Position numbers and translations under genes: made by a program
Notes under the pieces: generated by a model
The model's database searches: none
Told to the model about the DNA's origin: nothing
What the model saw: the letters and a program-made list of their open reading frames with translations, nothing else
In this document: in pieces, positions 9,347-18,328 of the stretch
Layout: each line of letters starts with the position of its first letter
Position numbering within the stretch: the first letter of the stretch is position 1
From: a bacterium
GTDB taxonomy: Bacteria; SZUA-182; DTGQ01
Assembly (NCBI GenBank): GCA_040752695.1
Contig: JBFMGO010000059.1
Location: 1-34,766 of the forward strand
Direction of reading: 5' to 3'
Length of the DNA stretch: 34,766 nucleotides

Positions 9347-9761
9347 AAACCTCTGCAAAGGAGTAACCCTGTTGAGAGCATCCGCAGACAGGTTTTCCCC
9401 GTATGATCCAGAAAAACCGTACACTCCGGATGAGCTTGAATATTACGACTCCCTTTCTTTTCGGTTTGAAAAAAGTGTTGAATTAATGCTCAGCTTCTTT
9501 AAGGGCCTGGAAATTTATACCAATTCAAGAAGCAGCGACACTCTCAGGGACAGGCTGTTGTGGATGCAGAAAATAGAGATTATCAATAATATTGAATTTT
9601 GGATGGAGGTGCGGCTGCTGCGAAATAAGATATCTCATGTCTATCTGCCGGAGCAAATGAAAGATATTTACGATGAAATGATAAATAAATCTCAGGCTAT
9701 TTTTGATACTATCGGGAGAATAGAAAAGTATCTTGAGAATGCCGGGATTAACCTTGCGTAA
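9315..9761 (+). CDS. HEPN-domain protein (HI0074/NTase_sub_bind-like), partner of the MNT
   Basis: RFEKSVE, LRNKISHVY (Rx4H); overlaps the MNT gene. Confidence 0.85.
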   Translation: MHSDLILNEFKNLCKGVTLLRASADRFSPYDPEKPYTPDELEYYDSLSFRFEKSVELMLSFFKGLEIYTNSRSSDTLRDRLLWMQKIEIINNIEFWMEVRLLRNKISHVYLPEQMKDIYDEMINKSQAIFDTIGRIEKYLENAGINLA

Positions 9762-9796
9762 TAAATAAATAGCCTATGATTGAAGAGGAAACAGTT

Positions 9797-10066
9797 ATGG
9801 GGATTAATCGAAAACAAATAGAACAATGCATAGCTAAAAAATATGGAGCAAGTAAATTAATCCTCTTTGGAAGTGCGTTAGACGAGCCGGAAAAAGCCAG
9901 GGATCTTGACCTGGCCTGTGATGGTATCGATGGGTGGAAGATTTTTGAATTTGGGGCCAGCTTGGAAGAAGAGTTGCATATATCCGTTGATGTCGTTCCC
10001 CTGAGCCCGCCAACTCGCTTTACACGGTATATAGAGAAAAAAGGGGAAATACTCTATGCAGCTTAA
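9797..10066 (+). CDS. MNT nucleotidyltransferase antitoxin (orphan)
   Basis: KKYGASKLILFGSALDEPEKARDLDLA...VDVVPL...IEKKGEILY; GAGGA upstream. Confidence 0.85.
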   Translation: MGINRKQIEQCIAKKYGASKLILFGSALDEPEKARDLDLACDGIDGWKIFEFGASLEEELHISVDVVPLSPPTRFTRYIEKKGEILYAA

Positions 10067-10155
10067 TGATCTCCAGGGAGGAGATCGGTATAGAGCTCAG
10101 TTTAATGGAAGAGACTGTTCATGTATTATTAGCTCTTCGAGAGGAGATATGTACC
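10066..10155 (+). pseudogene. N-terminal stub of a HepT-like gene, in frame with the next antitoxin
   Basis: MISREEIGIELSLMEETVHVLLALREEI, TAATG-coupled to the MNT, resembles helix 1 of HepT-like proteins. Confidence 0.5.
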
Positions 10156-10371
10156 ATGAAAGTAAAGGAGCAGGCTATAAAAGAGTTAGAGACTTTAAAA
10201 CCTGATGAGCTCATGATAGTCTATGATTTGATACTTACACTTAAAGGAAAGAGAACGGAACAGCAGGGTAAAGAACAGCCAGCAGCTTATATACGAGTCA
10301 GAAATGCATTGAAAGACTGCAAGGGATCTCTTAGTGAGGACATCATATTAGACCGTGAAGACAGGATATGA
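10156..10371 (+). CDS. Small antitoxin of a VapBC-type pair
   Basis: 71 aa ending GSLSEDIILDREDRI; GAGGAG at 10141; ATGA overlap with a PIN gene. Confidence 0.7.
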   Translation: MKVKEQAIKELETLKPDELMIVYDLILTLKGKRTEQQGKEQPAAYIRVRNALKDCKGSLSEDIILDREDRI

Positions 10372-10810
10372 ATCTGTTTTTTGATACTTCAGCACTGTAA
10401 AATATTTTCACGAAGAGGAAGGCTCTGAATCTGTTAGCAAATTAATAAATTCTCAGGAAAACGAGATCTGGACCATGGAACTCGTACGAATAGAATTTAT
10501 GAGCGCTTTATTCAGAAAGTTCAGAAATCAGGAAATAGGTAGCAGGCAACTGTCTGACGCAATTTCAGGATTCAAGGAAGCGATAGCTTTTTTCAATGTT
10601 GAGCCATTGAGATGGACGGTTATAAGAGAGGCAGAATCTTTATTGGAGAAATATGGCAAGACACAAAGGCTGAGAACGTTGGATGCTTTATACCTGGGAG
10701 CCTTCAGCTTAGTTACGGAAAATGAATGAGTTTTCGTGGCAGCAGATGAAAACCTTTGCAAGGTTGCTCGACTCATTGGATTCAGAACCATGAATCCCCT
10801 TAATACATGA
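10368..10810 (+). pseudogene. vapC: VapC PIN-domain toxin pseudogene (1-bp deletion plus nonsense codon)
   Basis: MNLFFDTSAL / VKYFHEEEGS (frame change at ~10397) ... LRTLDAL ... ENE*VFVAADENLCKVARLIGFRTMNP. Confidence 0.88.
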
Positions 10811-10895
10811 ACCCCCTTAACACATGAATTGGATCAAAGCCAAACTGCTTACTAAACGGGTCTGAACACGAAATAAAATCTAAAAGGAGACAAAG

Positions 10896-12212
10896 ATGAA
10901 TATCTGTGTCATCGGGATTGGTTATGTGGGGCTGGTAACCAGCGCCTGCCTGGCTGAAAACGGGAGTGATGTGATTTGTGTGGACATCGATGCCGGAAAA
11001 ATCGAAGGACTCAAACAGGGGCAAATTCCCATTTATGAGCCCGGTCTTGAGGATCTGGTGAAGAGAAACCACCGGGAAGGGCGGCTTACCTTTACTACCG
11101 ACCTGGTCGAGGGGGTCAGACGATCCTTGATTAACATCATTGCCGTAGGCACGCCTCCTGATGAAGACGGGGCCGCAGACTTGCAGCATGTTTTGGCTGT
11201 AGCCAAATCCATTGGTCAGATCATGGATTCATACAAGATCATCGTGGACAAAAGCACGGTGCCGGTAGGTACGGCCGACCTGGTGCGAAAGACCATAGCT
11301 CAGGAAACCTCCGTGGAGTTTGACGTAGTATCCAACCCCGAATTTCTGAAGGAAGGTGCTGCTATTGCGGACTTCATGAAGCCGGACCGGGTTATTATCG
11401 GCTGCGACAGCCCCAAGGTGGCGGAAATCATGCGGGAGCTCTACGCACCCTTTGTCCGGACCGGTAATCCTATCATTGTCATGGATATCAGATCTGCTGA
11501 GATGACCAAGTATGCCGCCAACGCCATGCTGGCTACCCGGATTTCGTTCATGAACGAGTTGGCCAATCTGTGCGAGCGGGTAGGTGCGGATATCGACATG
11601 GTGCGAAAAGGGATCAGCAGCGATTCCCGGATCGGTCACTCCTTTCTTTTTCCCGGTGTCGGCTACGGCGGATCATGCTTTCCCAAAGATGTAAAGGCGA
11701 TTATCCATACTGCCGCGCAGCACGAGTATCCCATGGAAATCCTGAGGGCAGTTGAGAAGGTCAACAACTGCCAGAAAAGCGTTCTCGCTCATAAAGTATG
11801 TGAGCACTTCAGGCAGCGCGACCACCAGCAGGGAGTGAAAGGAAAGCTCCTGGCCCTTTGGGGACTGGCCTTCAAAGCACAAACCGATGATATGCGGGAG
11901 GCTGCATCCCTGGATATTATCAGCCACTTACTGGCTGAAGGTGCCGCTATCCGGGCTTATGATCCTGCGGCCATGGACAGGGCAAGGGAGATTTTCCAGA
12001 ACAGGATTCAGTTTTGTTCCCGCAACTACGACTGCCTGGAAGAAGCCGATGGTCTTATCGTTGTCACCGAATGGAATGAATTTCGCCGGCCTAACTTCGA
12101 CCGGATCAAACAGTTGATGAAAACTCCGGTCATATTCGACGGTCGAAACCTCTATGAACCCAAACTGATGCGGGAGCGGGGATTTATCTACTATGGCATC
12201 GGCAGACCGTAA
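10896..12212 (+). CDS. ugd: UDP-glucose 6-dehydrogenase
   Basis: [50 protein letters not shown]. Confidence 0.96.
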   Translation: MNICVIGIGYVGLVTSACLAENGSDVICVDIDAGKIEGLKQGQIPIYEPGLEDLVKRNHREGRLTFTTDLVEGVRRSLINIIAVGTPPDEDGAADLQHVLAVAKSIGQIMDSYKIIVDKSTVPVGTADLVRKTIAQETSVEFDVVSNPEFLKEGAAIADFMKPDRVIIGCDSPKVAEIMRELYAPFVRTGNPIIVMDIRSAEMTKYAANAMLATRISFMNELANLCERVGADIDMVRKGISSDSRIGHSFLFPGVGYGGSCFPKDVKAIIHTAAQHEYPMEILRAVEKVNNCQKSVLAHKVCEHFRQRDHQQGVKGKLLALWGLAFKAQTDDMREAASLDIISHLLAEGAAIRAYDPAAMDRAREIFQNRIQFCSRNYDCLEEADGLIVVTEWNEFRRPNFDRIKQLMKTPVIFDGRNLYEPKLMRERGFIYYGIGRP

Positions 12213-12282
12213 AGGCAGTGGCAGACCGTAAGGACAGCGGAAATCCGGAGAAGATATAGTTATAACCTGATGAGGTGATCGG

Positions 12283-12516
12283 ATGAAGCCATTAAACTAT
12301 AGAATACTGCTCAGAAAAGAACCTGAGGGAGGATATACAGTAACTGTTCCTTCTCTTCCCGGCTATGTCACTTTCGGGGATACAATAGAGGAGGAGATAG
12401 AAATGGCAAAGGAAGCTATCCAGTTATATATTGAGAGCTTAAAAAGGCATGGCGAAGCGATCCCAACCGAAGAGGATATATTGGAATACAATTTAACGGT
12501 AGATGCTCATGTCTAA
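12283..12516 (+). CDS. hicB: HicB-family antitoxin (short form)
   Basis: EPEGGYTVTVPSLPGYVTFGDTIEEEIEMAKEAIQLYIESL...GEAIP. Confidence 0.9.
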   Translation: MKPLNYRILLRKEPEGGYTVTVPSLPGYVTFGDTIEEEIEMAKEAIQLYIESLKRHGEAIPTEEDILEYNLTVDAHV

Positions 12517-13018
12517 ACTTCCATCTTTAACTTTGCTTAAAATTCAGTCGATAGATAACATCAGCGATATCGTCGCCGCGCGTAAAGCGAGAGGGGAGAG
12601 GATCGTCTTTACCAATGGCTGCTTCGATCTTCTCCACGTGGGGCATACCCGCTATCTCAGGGAGGCCCGGTCTTGCGGAGATTGTCTGGTGGTCGGTTTA
12701 AACAGCGATCACTCCATCCGGGCCATCAAAGGGGAAAAGCGGCCTATTCTCCCGGAAGGGCAAAGAGCCGAAGTATTGGCTGCCCTCGAATGTGTAGATC
12801 TGGTGGTTATTTTCGAAGAGCCTGACCCCTTAAGGCTCATTTGCCTGGTGCAGCCGGACATCCTGGTCAAAGGTGCGGACTGGGCACATGACCGGATTAT
12901 TGGCCGGGAGGTGGTAGAGCAAAGGGGGGGGCAGGTTATCCGGATTCCCCTGGTCCCGGACATGTCTACTACCGCCATTATCGATATCATCCGAAGTCGC
13001 TTCGGAAGGAATGGCTAG
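12509..13018 (+). CDS. rfaE2: D-glycero-beta-D-manno-heptose 1-phosphate adenylyltransferase, with a HicA-like 8-residue N-terminus
   Basis: IVFTNGCFDLLHVGHTRYL, VGLNSD, KGEKRP, PDILVKGADW, STTAII; start uncertain (12509 ATG or 12533 TTG). Confidence 0.92.
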   Translation: MSKLPSLTLLKIQSIDNISDIVAARKARGERIVFTNGCFDLLHVGHTRYLREARSCGDCLVVGLNSDHSIRAIKGEKRPILPEGQRAEVLAALECVDLVVIFEEPDPLRLICLVQPDILVKGADWAHDRIIGREVVEQRGGQVIRIPLVPDMSTTAIIDIIRSRFGRNG

Positions 13019-13042
13019 AGTACATTTACGCATCAGGAGCAC

Positions 13043-16000
13043 ATGGCTGACGATACCCTGGATACCTTCCTTGCTCCGGTCTTGAGCGCCCTGGAGAGGG
13101 GAGAGCGGCATATTCATCTTGAAGGGTTATGGGAAACCAGTAAAGAGTTTCTCATTGCCCTTTTGCGAGGGAGACTGACGGGAAATTTTCTCGTCCTGGC
13201 CCCGTCTCCTGATCAGGCCGAAAAACTCTATCTGGACCTGCAATTTTTCGTTCACAAGATCTGGCCGCAGGCAGCCAATTACTCCGTGCACCTTTTCCCT
13301 ACCTGGGATATCCTTCCCTATGAGGCGCAGTCGCCTGTGCCTGAACTGGTCTGCCAGAGGGTAGAGTCTCTCTATGCACTGATCAACCACCCGGCGGACA
13401 TTGTCGTGGCGCCGATCCAGGCCGCTTTACAGAATCTCCTGCCGAAAAGGGTATTCAACAGCGCCGTGGGGTTTTTTGGAGCAGGAGAGACCATCGAGCG
13501 GGAAGAAATCATCGGCCTTTTGGTGCGGGGCGGATACCGTCCCGTGGACCTGGTGGAAGATCCAGGAGATTACAGCATCCGGGGCGGTGTACTGGATTTA
13601 TTCCCTCCTCATTATCCGATGCCTGTGCGCCTTGAGTTCTTCGGCGATACCATAGAGTCGATCAGGCAGTTCAATTCATCAACCCAAAGGTCCGAAAAAT
13701 TCCTGGAGGAGTTAATCATCCTGCCGGTGACAGAGGCCATTCTCAACCGCGAGCACTGCCATCATCTCTCCCTTAAATTACAGCAGGAATTCGGCGACTC
13801 TTACCTGTATCAGTCGAAGATCGAGCTGCTCAAGACCCAACTGGAACACACGGTTCCTTTCCCGGGAGTGGTGAATTACATCCCTTACCTCTATTCCCGC
13901 ACGGATACGCTCTTTCAGTATCTTTCTTTGACTGGACGCATTTTTCTGTATGAGCCCTCAGGTCTACAGCGTACTGCCGAGGACTTCCAGCATGAAATCG
14001 AGCGAAGATATCAAAAAGTTCACCGGGAAAACATCCCCTACCCGCCTCCCCAGGAATCGTACAGGCTGTGGACGGAAATTCAGTCGGAATGGCTGCCTCA
14101 AAGGCAGGTTCTTTCTTTGAAGGCATTGAAAACATCGACACCTTTTGGCGAAGCACTGCCAGCCGACACCGTGGCTTTTCAAGTGAAATCCGTGAGCGGC
14201 CTGGTCGGAAGGTCAAAAGTTCTGGGCAAAGACCGCTCCTACCTTGAGAATCTGACTTCGCAGATCAGATCATGGCACAGGGAGCAAAAACTGGTGGTCC
14301 TGGCTTGCGGCAGCGAGGGGCAGGCCGAGCGTATGGAAGAATTGTTCCGGGAATATGAGATCGGGGTGCGCCTTTTAACCGAAGGTACCATTCCGCTCTT
14401 TTCGGAAAATGAACCGGCTGAATCATCGGGCAGGCCGCAGGTGTTGCCTCCCCTTGTGTGTCTTGGTGAATTATCGCACGGATTCTATCTGCCTGCCCTG
14501 TCCTTGGTGCTGATTACGGACCAGGAGATTTTCGGCGAGAGGAAAAAAATTCCCGCTTTCAAAGCCCGCCGCTCTGCCGCCGTCATTTCCACGTTTCGCG
14601 ATCTGAAAGAGGGAGACTATGTCGTACACGTCGAGCATGGCATTGGCCGCTATCTGGGCCTGAAGAAACTGGCAGTGGGAGATATCCGCAAGGATTTCAT
14701 GCTGGTGGAATACCTTGACGGAGACAAATTATATATCCCGCCGGAAAAGCTGAACATGGTCCAGAAGTATGCAGGCTCTGGCGGCGCTATCCCCAAGCTG
14801 GACAAACTTGGCGGATCGGGCTGGGCCAAGGCCAAGGCGCGGGTAAAGAACTCGGTGAAGAGAATGGCCGAGGATTTGCTGAAGCTCTATGCGGCCCGGT
14901 CCATAGCCACAGGATTTGCTGCACCGCCCGACACACCCTGGCAGAAGGAATTCGACGCCTCCTTCGAATACGAGGAGACCCCGGACCAGGACAGGGCCAT
15001 CCGGGATGTCAAGCAGGACATGGAACAGCCCCGGCCCATGGACAGGCTGGTCTGCGGGGATGTGGGCTACGGCAAGACGGAAGTAGCCATGAGGGCGGCT
15101 TTCAAGGCCATTACCGGCCATAAGCAGGTGGCCCTGGTCGCCCCCACCACCCTTTTGGTAGAGCAGCATTTTCAGAAATTCTCTCAGCGCCTTGCCCCCT
15201 ATCCGGTGAGGGTCGATATGCTCAGCCGCTTTTGCAGCCGCAAGCAGCAGCAGGAGACCATCAAAGGACTTCTCGACGGCACTGTGGATGTAGTGATCGG
15301 CACCCACAGGCTGCTTCAAAAGGATATCGAATTCCGGGATCTGGGGCTGATCATCATCGATGAAGAGCAGCGCTTCGGCGTGGCCCATAAGGAGCGGCTG
15401 AAAACCTTGCGAAAATCGGTGGACGTTTTGACCCTCACGGCAACGCCGATTCCCAGGACCCTGAATATGGCCCTTATGGGGGTTCGTGATCTGAGCGTTA
15501 TCGATACGCCGCCCGAGGACCGTCTGGCCATCCAGACCCATATTATCAAATTCGACCCTGACATCATCACCGAGGCCATTGTCCGGGAGATGGACCGGGG
15601 AGGGCAGATCTTTTTTGTTCATAACCGGGTGGAAAATATCGAAAAAATCGCCGATTATGTGCAGGGCCTTGTCCCTTCCGCCAAACTTGCGGTCGCTCAT
15701 GGTCAGATGGAAGAGAGGCAGCTTGAAAAAATCATGCTGGGTTTCGTGCAGCATAAATATGACATTCTGGTATGCACGACCATCGTCGAATCCGGACTCG
15801 ACATCCCGGCTGCCAATACCATTATTATCAACCAGGCCCACCGCTACGGATTGGCGCAGCTCTACCAGCTTCGCGGGCGGGTTGGAAGGTCCAGCCGCAG
15901 GGCCTATGCCTACCTGATCATTCCTAGCGAGGAGGCCCTGACCGAGGAGGCCCAAAAGCGGATGGTGGCCATTCAGGAGTTGAGCGAACTGGGATCGGGC

Positions 16001-16615
16001 TTTCGCCTGGCGGCACGCGACATGGAAATACGGGGAGCAGGCAATCTTTTGGGCGCAGAGCAGCATGGCCAGATCGCTGCCGTGGGCTTTGATCTTTACT
16101 GCGACCTGATCCGCCAGGCTGTTCAGGAAATGCAGGGCCAGCCGGTAGAGACTCAGGTTGACATTACCCTTGACCTCCAGATCGAGGCCCATCTGCCCGA
16201 CTCCTATGTGCCTGACACCAATCAGAGGCTCAATCTCTACAAGCGGGCATCCCTGCTCGAAGATGCCGAAAGCCTGAAGGCATGGAAAGAGGAACTGGAG
16301 GACAGGTACGGTGCTCTGCCCGAGGCGGCCAGGCTCTTTTTTCAGCAGCTCCGGGTGCGCCTTTTCTGCCAGAAGTGGAAGGTTACTGCCATACACAGGT
16401 CGGGAACCCAGGTGAGCTTTACCTTTGACGAGAAAACCCCGCTTCCTCCGCAGGGGCTGATTCAACTTGTCGAGCGCGATGGAGGCCGGTTCCGGCTCTC
16501 TCCGCCTGCCGATCTTTCCATGACCGTGGCCAATACACAAGGAGAAGCCCTGGTTCAGGAGATCCAGCACTTTTTCCAATTCCTGGAAAAGACGGTGGCG
16601 GCTGGCACAGGTTAG
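13043..16615 (+). CDS. mfd: Transcription-repair coupling factor
   Basis: [62 protein letters not shown]-terminal TRCF domain. Confidence 0.98.
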   Translation: MADDTLDTFLAPVLSALERGERHIHLEGLWETSKEFLIALLRGRLTGNFLVLAPSPDQAEKLYLDLQFFVHKIWPQAANYSVHLFPTWDILPYEAQSPVPELVCQRVESLYALINHPADIVVAPIQAALQNLLPKRVFNSAVGFFGAGETIEREEIIGLLVRGGYRPVDLVEDPGDYSIRGGVLDLFPPHYPMPVRLEFFGDTIESIRQFNSSTQRSEKFLEELIILPVTEAILNREHCHHLSLKLQQEFGDSYLYQSKIELLKTQLEHTVPFPGVVNYIPYLYSRTDTLFQYLSLTGRIFLYEPSGLQRTAEDFQHEIERRYQKVHRENIPYPPPQESYRLWTEIQSEWLPQRQVLSLKALKTSTPFGEALPADTVAFQVKSVSGLVGRSKVLGKDRSYLENLTSQIRSWHREQKLVVLACGSEGQAERMEELFREYEIGVRLLTEGTIPLFSENEPAESSGRPQVLPPLVCLGELSHGFYLPALSLVLITDQEIFGERKKIPAFKARRSAAVISTFRDLKEGDYVVHVEHGIGRYLGLKKLAVGDIRKDFMLVEYLDGDKLYIPPEKLNMVQKYAGSGGAIPKLDKLGGSGWAKAKARVKNSVKRMAEDLLKLYAARSIATGFAAPPDTPWQKEFDASFEYEETPDQDRAIRDVKQDMEQPRPMDRLVCGDVGYGKTEVAMRAAFKAITGHKQVALVAPTTLLVEQHFQKFSQRLAPYPVRVDMLSRFCSRKQQQETIKGLLDGTVDVVIGTHRLLQKDIEFRDLGLIIIDEEQRFGVAHKERLKTLRKSVDVLTLTATPIPRTLNMALMGVRDLSVIDTPPEDRLAIQTHIIKFDPDIITEAIVREMDRGGQIFFVHNRVENIEKIADYVQGLVPSAKLAVAHGQMEERQLEKIMLGFVQHKYDILVCTTIVESGLDIPAANTIIINQAHRYGLAQLYQLRGRVGRSSRRAYAYLIIPSEEALTEEAQKRMVAIQELSELGSGFRLAARDMEIRGAGNLLGAEQHGQIAAVGFDLYCDLIRQAVQEMQGQPVETQVDITLDLQIEAHLPDSYVPDTNQRLNLYKRASLLEDAESLKAWKEELEDRYGALPEAARLFFQQLRVRLFCQKWKVTAIHRSGTQVSFTFDEKTPLPPQGLIQLVERDGGRFRLSPPADLSMTVANTQGEALVQEIQHFFQFLEKTVAAGTG
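16455..16615 (+). repeat. Copy 1 of a 161-bp direct repeat (functional mfd 3' end)
   Basis: Matches 17407-17567 at 151/161 positions by manual alignment. Confidence 0.95.
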
Positions 16616-16655
16616 TCAGTATTACCGTTGGAGGCAATGCCCATCTGTCCAATAC

Positions 16656-16684
16656 TTGATCGATTCAAACGGCTATGATAGAAT
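16656..16684 (+). promoter_or_regulatory. Sigma70 promoter of the MazF cassette
   Basis: TTGATC-17 nt-TAGAAT with extended -10 TG. Confidence 0.6.
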
Positions 16685-16741
16685 TTTCCTGTAGCAATGA
16701 CATCATCATAGTGCAGAGAGGCTCTATAAGGAGATTTAGCT

Positions 16742-16993
16742 ATGTCTCATAAGCTTGCCCAATTACTTGAAAAGATGAATCCTCAGGAACGAGCAGAGGT
16801 TGAAACTTTTGCAGCCTTTATCATAGCGCGGCGTAACTTGCAGAAACCACATATCATCACCGATGATATCTCCATTCAGGAACTGATGGAGTTGGTCACG
16901 GAGTCAGGAAGTTTTGCGTGGCTTGATGCCGAGGAAGAAGATATTTACTCCCTTGAAGATGGTGAAGCGATCCAATGGCCCAACAAACAGTAA
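16742..16993 (+). CDS. Putative antitoxin (DUF2281-like)
   Basis: 83 aa, EVETFAAFI, acidic tail FAWLDAEEEDIYSLEDG; AAGGAG RBS; overlaps the toxin gene. Confidence 0.7.
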   Translation: MSHKLAQLLEKMNPQERAEVETFAAFIIARRNLQKPHIITDDISIQELMELVTESGSFAWLDAEEEDIYSLEDGEAIQWPNKQ

Positions 16994-17343
16994 CGCGTGG
17001 CAGTGTGGTTCTTATCCGTTATCCGTTCACAGACCTGACCGGGGTCAAAGTCCGTCCGGCAATTGTGCTTACGAGTGACCGGCTGCTGCCAATTCTGGAG
17101 GATATTCTCTGTCTTTTTATTTCTTCTGTTGTGCACGAGGAACTTCTCCCAACAGATTTCGTTCTCGATCCAGAGCATCCTTCCTTTTTGAAAACGGGTT
17201 TGAAACAACGCTCAGTGTTGAGAGCACATAAAGTAACAGTTCTTCATAAGTCGTTGATACTCCGTCTATTAGGAAAAATAAGCAATGATTTAATGGATGA
17301 AATAAATCGCAGGTTGGAGATTGCCTTGGGGCTTTTAAGGTAA
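16975..17343 (+). CDS. PemK/MazF-family mRNA interferase toxin
   Basis: RGSVVLIRYPFTDLTGVKVRPAIVL...TGLKQRSVLR. Confidence 0.9.
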   Translation: MAQQTVTRGSVVLIRYPFTDLTGVKVRPAIVLTSDRLLPILEDILCLFISSVVHEELLPTDFVLDPEHPSFLKTGLKQRSVLRAHKVTVLHKSLILRLLGKISNDLMDEINRRLEIALGLLR

Positions 17344-17406
17344 ATCTCGTATTAATGAAAATGATGCCAGGTTCTTAAGTGCGCCAAGCGAAGCCAGGGC
17401 GATTCA

Positions 17407-17567
17407 GGCTGATTCAACTTGTCGAGCGCGATGGAGGCCGGTTCCGGCTCTCTCCGCCTGCCGATCTTTCCATGACTGTGGCCAATACACAAGGAGAAGC
17501 CCTGGTTCAGGAAATCCAGCACTTTTTCCAATTCCTGGAAAACACCATGGCAGCCGGTACGAGTTAG
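17407..17567 (+). repeat. Copy 2 of the mfd 3' end (orphan fragment)
   Basis: [22 protein letters not shown]...FLENTMAAGTS*; its stop overlaps the nfi stop (TTAG 17564-17567). Confidence 0.95.
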
Positions 17568-18268
17568 AGAAGTTGAGTACGAGGGGTGAGCCCCTGGGCT
17601 TCCACCCTGATGCGATTGGCCAGGATATGGGCCTGCCGCGTGGGTTCCGGCAGCCGGTAGGTGCGGGTGCAGGCCAGGACAAGCGCTACGGCAGTGTCCA
17701 GGTCGATCTTGTTGCCGATGGAGACAAAGACAGGTTTGGTCCTGGACCGGGTTCTGAGCACCATGCCGACCGTTTCTCCCTCGTACTGCAAGGGGGAGCG
17801 GTCTCCTTTGTGCTCTCCGGGCCCGGCGTATTTTCCGATCAGCCTGGATTTGGCGCAGCCAATGGTCGGGCGGTCAAGGATCACGCCAAGGTGAGCGGCA
17901 ATTCCAAGCCTGCGGGGATGAGCGATCCCCTGGCCGTCAAAGATGGTGACATCAGGCTCATGCCGCAGCCTGCTGAAGGCAGCCAGCAAGGGCGGCGCTT
18001 CGCGAAAGCTCAAAAGGCCCGGAATGTAGGGAAAGGCTGCCTCTCCTTCGGCCCGGACCTCTTCCACTTTCTCAAGGCCGGGAAAGGTAAGGACAACGAT
18101 GCCGGCAAAGAGGCGGTTATCCCCCTTCGAGTAAGAGATATCCGCTCCGGCAACGTACCGCACCGGATGGCCGAGAGGTGTAGTTTCAACCATCAGCTTG
18201 AGCCTGTTCTGAATCTCAAGCGCCTCCGAATAGCTTACCTGAAAGGGATGAATATCCCGGTATTGCAT
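17564..18268 (-). CDS. nfi: Endonuclease V
   Basis: VAGADISY, FPYIPGLLSFRE, DGQGIAHPRRLGIAAHLG, IGCAKS, YRLPEPTRQAH. Confidence 0.97.
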   Translation of the reverse strand: MQYRDIHPFQVSYSEALEIQNRLKLMVETTPLGHPVRYVAGADISYSKGDNRLFAGIVVLTFPGLEKVEEVRAEGEAAFPYIPGLLSFREAPPLLAAFSRLRHEPDVTIFDGQGIAHPRRLGIAAHLGVILDRPTIGCAKSRLIGKYAGPGEHKGDRSPLQYEGETVGMVLRTRSRTKPVFVSIGNKIDLDTAVALVLACTRTYRLPEPTRQAHILANRIRVEAQGLTPRTQLL

Positions 18269-18328
18269 GGGATTTTTCGCCTCCTCAATCTCTGCTTACT
18301 CTCCACACGATCCTTATTGCCGCTCCCT

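Noticed and set aside
10727..10729. In-frame TGA in vapC as Sec or Trp recoding
   Set aside because: The gene is already frameshifted, TGA is a normal stop elsewhere in the window, and no SECIS-like hairpin was seen
14729..16579. 616-aa antisense ORF and other long shadow ORFs (17573-18709, 22225-23004, 29454-30284)
   Set aside because: They lie opposite well-supported genes, lack motifs, and are expected from codon bias in GC-rich genes
16724..16738. 15-nt CTATAAGGAGATTTA shared with the minus strand at 30830-30844
   Set aside because: Centred on a Shine-Dalgarno sequence, so convergence is sufficient; similarity extends only to the following ATGTCT
6072..17406. TA modules as integron cassettes or pdif modules
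   Set aside because: No attC-like RYYYAAC...GTTRRRY palindromes, dif-like sites or integrase recognised
16455..17567. mfd repeat pair as a DGR template/variable repeat
   Set aside because: Mismatches are not adenine-specific, most are synonymous, and no reverse transcriptase is present
17379..17567. 62-aa ORF as an independent gene
   Set aside because: It is the duplicated mfd end behind a chance GTG with no RBS
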